This document shows positions 1 to 8,215 of a DNA stretch of 33,869 nucleotides, piece by piece. Positions within the stretch are counted from its first letter, which is position 1. Each line of letters opens with the position of its first letter. Source of the stretch: a virus. The notes below the pieces were generated by a model. The model was not told the DNA's origin and made no database searches. It saw only the letters and a list, made by a program, of their open reading frames with translations. Where the stretch lies: the IMG/VR virus record IMGVR_UViG_3300027852_000121. One strand, written 5' to 3'. The position numbers were made by a program, and so were the translations under genes.

Positions 1-127
1 CTAGCGGATACTCTAAATATATGGAGCGTTGGACTGCATTTAACGACGGGAAACTAAAGCACCCGGAACAAATTTACGGATTACCTCAGGCTTTAGAACA
101 TATCGAGGAGCTGAGACGCTCTCGTAC
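1..127. repeat. Terminal direct repeat, left copy (identical to 33743..33869); circular-closure overlap
   Basis: Bases 1..127 (ctagcggatactctaaatat...gagacgctctcgtac) recur base-for-base at 33743..33869. An ORF is in frame across the junction. Confidence 0.95.
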
Positions 128-224
128 TAAAGACGGAAAATATCCTTTAGCTCGTACTAAATTCGAGGTAGTCGAGGTTATGATTATTAAGACTAGTTAC
201 AAAACTTTAAAAGGTCGTAAGTAA
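1..224 (+). CDS. Hypothetical protein, 3' part of junction-spanning ORF (5' part at 33589..33869)
   Basis: The frame of track ORF 21..224 stays open back to base 1 and matches the frame of the ATG at 33589. With the duplicate removed, 33589..33869 plus 128..224 form one 125-aa ORF. Confidence 0.6.
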   Translation, partial: SGYSKYMERWTAFNDGKLKHPEQIYGLPQALEHIEELRRSRTKDGKYPLARTKFEVVEVMIIKTSYKTLKGRK

Positions 225-457
225 TGAAAATTCAATCTAAAATAAACGCATACTCCGGTATGCGTTTTTACAAAGAAAACGGAGGACAAAATATTACTGA
301 AAATGTGAAAAGCGGTAAAACAGTCTTATTTAAAGAAAAATCCGAGGCGGATAAATTCGCTAGACAAAAAAGATCCTACGTAGAGGGAGTACGATATACT
401 GACGCCGAAACTAAACATAAAAAGACCAAAATCTACGGCTATGGGGTACCGGCATAA
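224..457 (+). CDS. Hypothetical protein (77 aa, basic)
   Basis: ORF track. Its ATG overlaps the preceding stop (TAATG), which fits the tight operon packing. No recognisable motif. Confidence 0.5.
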   Translation: MKIQSKINAYSGMRFYKENGGQNITENVKSGKTVLFKEKSEADKFARQKRSYVEGVRYTDAETKHKKTKIYGYGVPA

Positions 458-584
458 AGAACAAGTTAAACAAGCGTACAGAGCTATTAAAATTATTTTA
501 TTGGCTTGGGTTTTAATGATTGCTTTTATATTTTTCCTTTTTACGCTAATGGAGATTTATATCTATATGAATGAATTAAATTAA
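441..584 (+). CDS. Small hydrophobic single-pass membrane peptide (47 aa), below the ORF-track cut-off
   Basis: Hand translation gives MGYRHKEQVKQAYRAIKIILLAWVLMIAFIFFLFTLMEIYIYMNELN*. It fills the otherwise empty gap 458..602 and contains a clear TM helix. Confidence 0.35.
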   Translation: MGYRHKEQVKQAYRAIKIILLAWVLMIAFIFFLFTLMEIYIYMNELN

Positions 585-602
585 ATTTCAAAAATCAATA
601 TT

Positions 603-971
603 ATGAGTAGTACAAAAATTTTTTTATTAGTAGACGGATTATTATTTTTAGTCCTATTGTTTTTCGTAATTAGAAACGGTATCCGAGGAGTAAAACTAAC
701 TAAAGCTATGGATCATTTTAAAGCTCCGGAAATACCCGGAGACGTTTTAACTACGGAGGAGATAGTCGATACTATAGAATTTACTCAGGACTATAGTAAA
801 AATTTAAAACTACATAACGCTTTACAAAAAGACGAGGATTTTTATATACTAGAAGTCGCTAAAGTTTTAGCCGCGGAGCTTGTTAAAAATAAAGCTGTAG
901 ACATAGAATTTATACAAGGAGTCGAGAGAGATACAATAAAAGGAAAAATTAAATACGTTGTTAAAGTTTAA
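603..971 (+). CDS. Membrane-anchored hypothetical protein (122 aa)
   Basis: N-terminal TM segment IFLLVDGLLFLVLLFFVI followed by a soluble domain. Confidence 0.55.
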   Translation: MSSTKIFLLVDGLLFLVLLFFVIRNGIRGVKLTKAMDHFKAPEIPGDVLTTEEIVDTIEFTQDYSKNLKLHNALQKDEDFYILEVAKVLAAELVKNKAVDIEFIQGVERDTIKGKIKYVVKV

Positions 972-998
972 TTTCCTACCTTTAATACCCTTAATTTA

Positions 999-1012
999 TT
1001 AACCAATAAATT
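999..1012 (+). promoter_or_regulatory. Leader motif TTAACCAATAAATT, 8 nt upstream of the ATG at 1021
   Basis: One of at least seven copies that sit at a similar distance from start codons. See findings. Confidence 0.5.
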
Positions 1013-1020
1013 TTACAGTA

Positions 1021-1923
1021 ATGAATAATATAACCTTTCAGTACTACCCGGCTAAAGTAGATACTACTAAGCCTCTAGGCTTTGTTACGCTAGCCGAGTT
1101 TATAACCGCTATTAAAAATCCGTCCGACAATATTAAAGAGATTTTTAAGCAAATAGCAGCCGCAGAAAAAGCCGGAGATATGAAAACTAAGGCAGCTCTA
1201 AAGCAAAATAATCTATTTTATTTTACTCCCTGTATACACTCGAACGGAAAAACGAGAGGGTATAAAGATATAGAAAAGTTTACCGGACTGGCTGTTTTAG
1301 ATTTTGACCATATCGACCACGCGGACGAGTTTAAAGAGTATATTTTTAATACTTATAAATTTGTATCCGTCTGCTTTTTGTCAGCATCAAAACGCGGAAT
1401 AAAAGTTTTAATTAAAATCCCAGTAGTAAAATCTGTAGTAGAGTTTAAGGAATTTTTTTACGGACTAGGCGTTATTTTTGAAAGGTATAAAGGTTTCGAC
1501 GGGACTACTCAAAACTGCGTACTCCCTCTTTTTTTAAGTTATGACGCTGAGTTATTGCACCGGGAGAAACCTACGACTTTTAAAGGTAGAGGTATAAAGC
1601 TCGACGCGTTTAAAGAAAATACGACGGTAGATATTAAGAATATCGTTATAGACTCAGAGGACAGTAAACGAGTCTACGCCAATATAGAAAAATCATTTAA
1701 TAATATCGTTAGCGACGGTCATCCTCAGGTAATTAGCGCGTGCGTTTCTCTCGGGGGCTATGTTGCCTCCGGCTATGTCTCCGAGGCGGAGGCTCAGACT
1801 TGGGTTAGTAATTTTATCAGGAGTAACGGTTATCTTAAAAAAGGTATCTCCGGATATATTAAAACCTCAGTAACAGCAATTAAAACCGGTATGGGCTCTC
1901 CGTTAATTCTTACTAAATCTTAA
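1021..1923 (+). CDS. Putative AEP-type primase / primase-polymerase domain protein (BT4734-like N-terminal domain type)
   Basis: GLAVLDFDH is an acidic DxD-type motif, followed by SASKRGIKVLIK. The gene sits directly upstream of a VirE/D5-type NTPase, its usual partner. The assignment is from memory of the family. Confidence 0.55.
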   Translation: MNNITFQYYPAKVDTTKPLGFVTLAEFITAIKNPSDNIKEIFKQIAAAEKAGDMKTKAALKQNNLFYFTPCIHSNGKTRGYKDIEKFTGLAVLDFDHIDHADEFKEYIFNTYKFVSVCFLSASKRGIKVLIKIPVVKSVVEFKEFFYGLGVIFERYKGFDGTTQNCVLPLFLSYDAELLHREKPTTFKGRGIKLDAFKENTTVDIKNIVIDSEDSKRVYANIEKSFNNIVSDGHPQVISACVSLGGYVASGYVSEAEAQTWVSNFIRSNGYLKKGISGYIKTSVTAIKTGMGSPLILTKS

Positions 1924-1929
1924 ATACTT

Positions 1930-3387
1930 ATGATTGATAATAGCAAATTTTTAAAAGAGGATTTTTTTATAGGAAAGTATTTAGATATTGACGCTAAAGA
2001 GGAGGTAAAAAAGGAGGCTAAAGCCGAGGTAGTCTCAGAAAATAAAAAATCTTGGAAAGATATTTACGGGTTTATACATCAAGTAAACCGCTCTGGTAGA
2101 CCTTGGACGAGTGCCGACGTAATTAATATGTGTGAAATACATTTAGTATCTGAGAAAAAAGTAAAGGCAGCTTTCGAGAAAATATTTAAAGAGAATAAGG
2201 ACGAGTACGGTATTGTAGATAAACCCGAAATTTATAAGGTCGAGGTATGGCTTAAAAAAAACTGGGACTTTGCAGAGAATGAAATAACTCAGGTTACTGA
2301 AATTAAAGAGAAAAAAGATAAAATTTTCGAGCCTCTTAATGTAGACTCAATCTATAGAAAATTACAGCACGTTAATTTTAAATTTCCTTTCGATAAATTA
2401 AAGAGTCTTTTTAAATCCGATTTCGTAGAAAAATATAATCCTTTTATAGATTATTTTGAGAGCCTGGATCCTTGGGACGGTAAAACCGATTACATAACAG
2501 AGCTAGCTAATTACGCTCAGGTAGAGGATCAGGATTTTTATGTAACTCAATTTAAAAAAGCTCTCGTACGTTGTATAGGTTGCGGTCTATATAATAAAGA
2601 AAATCGTATTGTTTTCGTTTTTGTAGGAGAAAAGCAGAGCACCGGTAAAAGTACTTTTATACGTTTCCTTAATCCTTTCGGAGCTAAATATTATACAGAG
2701 GCTCCGCTCCATAATAATAAAGACTCTAGTTTTTCTCTAGCTGAAAATTTCATATACAATTTAGAGGAGCTCGCTAGTCTCTCAAATATCGACGTTAATA
2801 GATTAAAAAGTATTATATCTATGGCAAGTATTAAGGAGAGAAAAGCCTACGCTCGGGACGTAGTAGAACAGCCCCGGAGGGTTAATTTTTTCGCGTCTAC
2901 TAATAAGAACGAATTTTTAACAGATACCGAGAATACGCGTTGGCTTTGTTTTAACTTGGAGTCTATGGACTGGGGCTACTCCAAAAAAGTAGATATAAAT
3001 AAAGTTTGGGCTCAGGCTTTTGCACTTTATAAAGATCCAAAATTTAGCGACCAATTAACAAAAGAGGAGGCAGAGTTTCGAGATAAAAAGAATAAAGGTT
3101 ATGAGATTAACGATTACGAAAAGGAGCTAATAAAGCGATATTTTCAAGTCTGCGAACCGTCAGAGGGAGCGTTTTTTTCTAACGCGGATATACTCGAAAT
3201 TCTACAGGCTGACGGTACAAAAAATTTAAACTCTAGATTTATAGGTAAAAACATGGTACAGCTCGGTTTTGAGCGCGGATTACGTAAAATAAATAATCAT
3301 CCAGTACGCGGATATTTCGCAAAAAGAACGACCGAGGATTATAAAACGGAGGAAATTAAAACTAAAAAAGGTAAAAAGCCATTTTAA
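1930..3387 (+). CDS. VirE / D5-family P-loop NTPase (primase-associated replicative helicase candidate)
   Basis: Walker A VGEKQSTGKST and Walker B-like FIYNLEEL. 485 aa, placed next to the primase-like ORF. The C-terminus is ...KKGKKPF. Confidence 0.7.
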   Translation: MIDNSKFLKEDFFIGKYLDIDAKEEVKKEAKAEVVSENKKSWKDIYGFIHQVNRSGRPWTSADVINMCEIHLVSEKKVKAAFEKIFKENKDEYGIVDKPEIYKVEVWLKKNWDFAENEITQVTEIKEKKDKIFEPLNVDSIYRKLQHVNFKFPFDKLKSLFKSDFVEKYNPFIDYFESLDPWDGKTDYITELANYAQVEDQDFYVTQFKKALVRCIGCGLYNKENRIVFVFVGEKQSTGKSTFIRFLNPFGAKYYTEAPLHNNKDSSFSLAENFIYNLEELASLSNIDVNRLKSIISMASIKERKAYARDVVEQPRRVNFFASTNKNEFLTDTENTRWLCFNLESMDWGYSKKVDINKVWAQAFALYKDPKFSDQLTKEEAEFRDKKNKGYEINDYEKELIKRYFQVCEPSEGAFFSNADILEILQADGTKNLNSRFIGKNMVQLGFERGLRKINNHPVRGYFAKRTTEDYKTEEIKTKKGKKPF

Positions 3388-3718
3388 AAAGTTACGTTAG
3401 AAAATGCTAATGTAACCAAATAACAGCCGGGTTACATTAAAAGTTACATTATAAGGATAGTTAATGTAACCTATAACTAACTAAAAACCAATATATTAAA
3501 CTATGGTTACATCAGTTACATTAAAAATGACAAAACGGAAGGATTACAACGTACGCACTATATATACTACTATATATAATAATAATATTAAAGTTGCTAT
3601 ATTTAATGTAACTAATGTAACCGCCTTGTATCTTATTGTAAATCAACTAATTACAGGTTACATCATTAATGTAACCTTAATGTAACTAATGTAACCCTAA
3701 TCATAAAAACTATATAAA
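3388..3718. repeat. Iteron array plus AT-rich core; putative origin of replication (alternatively a packaging or regulatory site)
   Basis: TAATGTAAC(C) starts at 3408, 3462, 3604, 3613, 3667, 3678 and 3687. The inverted form (G)GTTACAT(TA) starts at 3430, 3443, 3505, 3515 and 3656. Tandem copies are 9-11 bp apart. The copies flank 3558..3600, which is almost pure A/T. Confidence 0.6.
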
Positions 3719-4375
3719 ATGTTTAAAAACAGCGAGTTAACGGAGTCAGAGGCAAAAATTCAAGCGGATAGCTATACTTGGTTTCATAATACTTACCCTC
3801 ATCTACGCGGATTACTTTACCACGTACCGAACGGGGAGAAAAGAGAGCCAATCGTAGCGAAAAAATTACAGGCTATGGGGGTAGTACCGGGAGTCCCGGA
3901 TATGCCTTTTCACTATAGAGGTAAAACTCATTTTTTTGAGTTTAAAAAACCTAAAACAGGGAAAGCCTCAGACGCTCAGAAAAAAGTACATAAAGCTTTA
4001 GAGGATCAGGATTTTTTAATTTGGATGCCTGAGAGTGTAGAGGAGTTTCAAAAAGTAATTAAAAATATAATTGAAATTAAAAATCCGCTTTTTACAAATG
4101 GAGTTACAAAAGAGGATTATTATTATAGACATAAAATTTTTGATTATCTTTATAACCTCGGGGACGCCGAGCTAGTATTAATAAATGATATTTGCGAGGA
4201 GGATACCCAACAGAGATTTATAAATATAATTAGCGAGTTTATGAATGAAAACTACGACTCTCTCTCTAAGTTTTCAATATTATTTACTCCTGATTTTAAA
4301 GCTTTCTATAAAAAATTAGACGGCTCAGACAGAGAGATAATTTATAAAGGGAGTAGTATAGTACAGAATTACTAA
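3719..4375 (+). CDS. VRR-NUC domain nuclease with C-terminal extension
   Basis: GVPDMPFHYRGKTHFFEFKKPKTGKASDAQKKVHKALEDQDFLIW fits the VRR-NUC pattern (PD...ExK, then S..Q). Confidence 0.6.
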   Translation: MFKNSELTESEAKIQADSYTWFHNTYPHLRGLLYHVPNGEKREPIVAKKLQAMGVVPGVPDMPFHYRGKTHFFEFKKPKTGKASDAQKKVHKALEDQDFLIWMPESVEEFQKVIKNIIEIKNPLFTNGVTKEDYYYRHKIFDYLYNLGDAELVLINDICEEDTQQRFINIISEFMNENYDSLSKFSILFTPDFKAFYKKLDGSDREIIYKGSSIVQNY

Positions 4376-4396
4376 AGTAGTTATTAATAGTTAATT

Positions 4397-4741
4397 ATGC
4401 CAGTAGGAAAAAAATACGGAGGACGTCAAAAAGGAACCGAGAACAAAGTAACTAAAGATATTAGAGCTATGTTTAAATCTTTGGTAGAGAATAATTTAGA
4501 AGATTTACAGGACGACATAGATAAATTAAAAGGGACTGAGCGCGTAAAGTATACGCTCGAAATGGCTAAATTTTGTATACCTACTTTAAAATCTGTAGAT
4601 TATAAAGGAGACGTAGAGGTAACGGCTAAACGTCGTATAACTTTCGTCGATAAATCTAAAGCTCCTCAGGAGCCTATAGTAATTATTAAAGATAAACCGG
4701 AGGAGGATTTTATACCTCCCAGTAATGAGCCAATATTTTAA
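4397..4741 (+). CDS. Putative terminase small subunit
   Basis: 114-aa basic N-terminus (GGRQKGTENK) plus helical region, ending 2 nt before the large terminase ORF. The call rests on position and size only. Confidence 0.4.
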   Translation: MPVGKKYGGRQKGTENKVTKDIRAMFKSLVENNLEDLQDDIDKLKGTERVKYTLEMAKFCIPTLKSVDYKGDVEVTAKRRITFVDKSKAPQEPIVIIKDKPEEDFIPPSNEPIF

Positions 4742-4743
4742 GT

Positions 4744-6033
4744 ATGGAGGAGGAGGACGTAATATTTTCGGATAAATATTTACCGCTTTTCAATTTACTA
4801 GAGGAGGATAACCCGGCTTTAAAAGAAGTCGATACCGTTTTAATATCAGGAGGGAGAGACTCCGGTAAAACTTTCGGCTTAGGTTGTTTCGTTGGTACCG
4901 CTGCCTCAGATTTTAACCATAGGATTTTATATACTCGTCAGACTATGGCTAGTACTTCTAACTCAATTACTAAAGCTTTAAAATTACGTCTCGAACTTCT
5001 AGGGCTCGATACCGATTTTGTTTTCGCTAATAACGAGTACAGCTCTAAAACGTGCGACGGTTGTATCTCGATTACCGGACAAAAGACGAGCACCGGGACA
5101 GATACCGCTAAACTAAAATCTATAGAGAATTACTCTATTTTTGTAACGGACGAGGGGGAGGAGCTCGTAAGCTTTGAGGACTGGAAAAAAATTAAAAGAT
5201 CTATTAGAGCTCAGGACGTACAATGTCTTAGTATAATTTCGTTTAACCCTCCTAGTAAAAGTCATTGGTTATATAAAGAATACTATACAGATATACCGCC
5301 GGGGTTTAATGGAATTAAAGGAAACGTTTTATATATTCATACTACATATTTAGACAATGGTAAAGAAAACATGGCTCTCCATAACTGGAACGAATACGAG
5401 GAGCTGCGGAAAGCGTACGAGTATTATTTAGCTACTCCTGAGACTGACCGAGATTTATTACCTAGGACAGTTAAAAAAATGTATGAGGAGTATAAAACTA
5501 CTATTCTCGGAGGTTTCCGCAACGTAGCCGAGGGAGTAATTTTCGAGTACACTATCGGAGAGTATGTAGCTCCGGAGTATGGAGAGGTTATCGGAGCGGA
5601 TCAGGGCTGGACACACCCTAGCGCATTTGTAAAAATGAATGTAGATAAAAAGCGTAAGCGAGTTTACGCTAAAGAAATATTTTATAAAACCAATTCGACG
5701 GAGGGAGATATTTATAATAGTATCGGAGCTGACGTCGGTAATACTCGTATATGGTGCGACAATGCCGCCGCGCTATTCATTAGAAATTTAAAGAATAAAG
5801 GACTAAATATTAAGGGCTGCAAAAAACCTAAAATAAAAGATAGTATTTTAGCTATGCTCGGTTACGAGTGGATTATAGATCCAGGATCTACAAATTTACA
5901 GACGGAGCTAGATAATTATCGTTGGGCTGACAAAAATAAAGAGGAGCCTATAGACGACTGGAACCACGCTATAGACGGAATGAGATACGGGTTTACTCAT
6001 AAAATAAATGAGCGCGTACCTCAGCTATTATAA
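4744..6033 (+). CDS. terL: Terminase large subunit (PBSX/XtmB-like)
   Basis: Walker A ISGGRDSGKT and Walker B IFVTDEGEE. The C-terminal nuclease-domain acidic motifs are IGADQGW and DDWNHAIDGMRYG. Confidence 0.85.
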   Translation: MEEEDVIFSDKYLPLFNLLEEDNPALKEVDTVLISGGRDSGKTFGLGCFVGTAASDFNHRILYTRQTMASTSNSITKALKLRLELLGLDTDFVFANNEYSSKTCDGCISITGQKTSTGTDTAKLKSIENYSIFVTDEGEELVSFEDWKKIKRSIRAQDVQCLSIISFNPPSKSHWLYKEYYTDIPPGFNGIKGNVLYIHTTYLDNGKENMALHNWNEYEELRKAYEYYLATPETDRDLLPRTVKKMYEEYKTTILGGFRNVAEGVIFEYTIGEYVAPEYGEVIGADQGWTHPSAFVKMNVDKKRKRVYAKEIFYKTNSTEGDIYNSIGADVGNTRIWCDNAAALFIRNLKNKGLNIKGCKKPKIKDSILAMLGYEWIIDPGSTNLQTELDNYRWADKNKEEPIDDWNHAIDGMRYGFTHKINERVPQLL

Positions 6034-6050
6034 ATTTAAAAATCATCATC

Positions 6051-6254
6051 ATGAAAAAACAAAAAGTACAGATTAAGGATTTAAAGAGAAACCATATCCG
6101 ACAACATTTAAAAATAGTACACCCGTTTTTAAATCGGGAGTTTAGAAAATTGAAAGCTACGGAGCTCGATAGTAAAAAAGTTTTTACGGAGCTTTTCGGG
6201 TCTGAGAAATTCGCAGCGTATAAACTCCGCGCTATTTTCGAGTATCAAATGTAA
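6051..6254 (+). CDS. Hypothetical protein (67 aa, basic)
   Basis: ORF track only. Confidence 0.4.
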   Translation: MKKQKVQIKDLKRNHIRQHLKIVHPFLNREFRKLKATELDSKKVFTELFGSEKFAAYKLRAIFEYQM

Positions 6255-6258
6255 AATT

Positions 6259-6396
6259 ATGAACACTTATTTAACAGCTAATTTAGACGGCTCCTATAAT
6301 AGCACTCGTATAGAGGCTAGGACATACGCCGAGGCAGAAACTCAGAAACCTGAGGGAGTCCGTATTATAGGAATACTCGTAGCGGAAACGGATTAA
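6259..6396 (+). CDS. Small hypothetical protein (45 aa), below the ORF-track cut-off
   Basis: Hand translation gives MNTYLTANLDGSYNSTRIEARTYAEAETQKPEGVRIIGILVAETD*. It fills the gap between 6254 and 6402 exactly. Confidence 0.35.
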   Translation: MNTYLTANLDGSYNSTRIEARTYAEAETQKPEGVRIIGILVAETD

Positions 6397-6401
6397 AGAC
6401 T

Positions 6402-7031
6402 ATGAATTTTATTAAAAAGAAAATATATAAATCTAAAAACGATATACCCTACTTTAAATTTTTAGAGTTTTCGGAAATTATCGAGTCCCAGTCTCAGGCG
6501 TTTATTATCTCGGAAACGGTTAGGCTTTTTAACCCGGAGAGTATAGAGGATTTTTCTGTAGCAATTAAAACGGAGGCTCCGTTTCGTCCTAACTTTAAAT
6601 TAGATTTAGATTTTAAAGCTGCCGGTACTTTTATCGACGCGGATACCTTTTATACTGACAAAGAGTATAGAGATTTTTTTAAATTAGTATTAAAGCGTAA
6701 ATATTTCTTTAAAAAGATTAACTTTGAAAATATAAGTTTAGCGGAGGCGGAGTATATTATAGCTCAATTTTCTCAACTTAAAAACGATCTTAAACAGAGT
6801 TACGAGTATTTATATAATCCTCCTATTAGGAATGTAGGTAAAGAAATGAGCCCCGGAGGTTTGGAGCGCGAGGCTTTCGCTGAACATTACGGAGCTTATA
6901 TAGAAATGATTTACGTACTTTGTAAAGGAGACTTTACAAAATTCGAGGAGGTTGTAGCTTGGGACTTGCACCGGTTTTTATTTCAATCGGAGTATTTAAT
7001 ACGAAAGCGAGATATAGAAAATATAAAATAG
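6402..7031 (+). CDS. Hypothetical protein (209 aa) in the morphogenesis region
   Basis: ORF track. No motif recognised. Confidence 0.5.
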   Translation: MNFIKKKIYKSKNDIPYFKFLEFSEIIESQSQAFIISETVRLFNPESIEDFSVAIKTEAPFRPNFKLDLDFKAAGTFIDADTFYTDKEYRDFFKLVLKRKYFFKKINFENISLAEAEYIIAQFSQLKNDLKQSYEYLYNPPIRNVGKEMSPGGLEREAFAEHYGAYIEMIYVLCKGDFTKFEEVVAWDLHRFLFQSEYLIRKRDIENIK

Positions 7032-7039
7032 TTTAAATT

Positions 7040-7495
7040 ATGGCTAACGAAATATCTAGGATTAACAAATTTATAACGGACGAGTATAATAAAAACGAGC
7101 TCGTTAATACTATCTCGGTAGTACCAACTTTACAGCTCGATTTAAACAAAGAAAATATTTATCCTCTCGTAAATATTGATATGACTAATACGGAAATAGA
7201 GGAGCAAGTAATTACAGTTTATTTTACTATGACAATTCTACAGCAGAGAGATACGCGCCCGGTTAAAACGGACTCTAAATTATTATTAGACGACAATTAT
7301 ATAGATAATATTAACGAGACTAACTCTATAGCTCAGAGATTTATAAACGTATTACTTACGCAAAATAACGAGGAGCTAATAGAAATAGATACGCTTTCCA
7401 ATTTGAAAATATTAAAGAAATGGAAAGGCGGAAAGCTAGACGGAGTACAATTTACCATACAATTAACAATACCAAACAGAGGGGAAAGCTGTTAG
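7040..7495 (+). CDS. Hypothetical virion-associated protein (151 aa)
   Basis: ORF track. It lies upstream of the gp10-like genes. Confidence 0.45.
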   Translation: MANEISRINKFITDEYNKNELVNTISVVPTLQLDLNKENIYPLVNIDMTNTEIEEQVITVYFTMTILQQRDTRPVKTDSKLLLDDNYIDNINETNSIAQRFINVLLTQNNEELIEIDTLSNLKILKKWKGGKLDGVQFTIQLTIPNRGESC

Positions 7496-7498
7496 ATT

Positions 7499-7903
7499 AT
7501 GCCGTTAACGGAGCTAGAAATACGAGCTATAGGAGCTAAGATAGTACAAAAGTCTAAACGAGAGGCTCGGGTAGATACTGGGGCTCTTAAAAGGTCGATT
7601 TCTTTTTCCTATGTTCGTAAGATAATGATATTTAGGGAAATGTATTACGGTCAGTACGGGACTAACTCTAATCTAGAGAAAAACGCTATAGCTATGGTAC
7701 CGAACGGGGTACAATGGAAATTAATACGTACAGCTTTCGGAGGTAATACTCAGGAAATAGGGAGGACTAGGAACGGTCGAGCGACTCAGAGGACTATATT
7801 AAAAGGTTTAAATCGAGGAGCTAGTAATAATATAAAAGCTTTGATAGCTCGTAATAAGGCTAAAAAAGCTAAAGAGGCTTTAGAAAATGGCGAAAAGACG
7901 TAG
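7499..7903 (+). CDS. HK97 gp10-like head-tail joining / tail-completion family protein
   Basis: The motif RVDTGALKRSI, then YYGQ, then EKNA. It is a paralogue of the next ORF. Confidence 0.5.
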   Translation: MPLTELEIRAIGAKIVQKSKREARVDTGALKRSISFSYVRKIMIFREMYYGQYGTNSNLEKNAIAMVPNGVQWKLIRTAFGGNTQEIGRTRNGRATQRTILKGLNRGASNNIKALIARNKAKKAKEALENGEKT

Positions 7904-8213
7904 TAGAGCACAAATAGACGCGGACGCTATTATAAAAAAGGAGCTTAACGAGTTAGGCGAGAAAATTTATAATCAAGCTGTTAGAACTTCTCGGAGAGAT
8001 ACCGGGGTTTTACAGGATACCCAAAACTACATGGTTAAACCTGATACAGTTTTAACGGTTGCTCAGGTTTATTACGGTCAATGGAATTACCCGGCAGGCG
8101 TAACTAGCGGAGAAAAAAACGCTTTACTAATTGCAGTAAAAGAACATTTACCGGAGTCTACTAAAATTATAGTAACCGAGATTACAGACGAACTATTAAA
8201 AAATTTTAAATAA
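7887..8213 (+). CDS. HK97 gp10-like protein, second paralogue
   Basis: RRDTGVLQDT, then YYGQ, then EKNA, colinear with 7499..7903. The two ORFs overlap by 17 nt. Confidence 0.5.
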   Translation: MAKRRSRAQIDADAIIKKELNELGEKIYNQAVRTSRRDTGVLQDTQNYMVKPDTVLTVAQVYYGQWNYPAGVTSGEKNALLIAVKEHLPESTKIIVTEITDELLKNFK

Positions 8214-8215
8214 AA

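Noticed and set aside
3503-3685. 60-aa + strand ORF in the ORF track
   Set aside because: It lies entirely inside the iteron/AT-rich region. Its sequence is dictated by the repeats (NVT three times). It has no leader motif and no coupling to neighbouring genes, so it is most likely not a gene.
7887-7903. 17-nt overlap of the two gp10-like ORFs as a programmed frameshift site
   Set aside because: There is no slippery heptamer. The downstream ORF has its own ATG. The two products are paralogues and not N- and C-terminal extensions of one protein.
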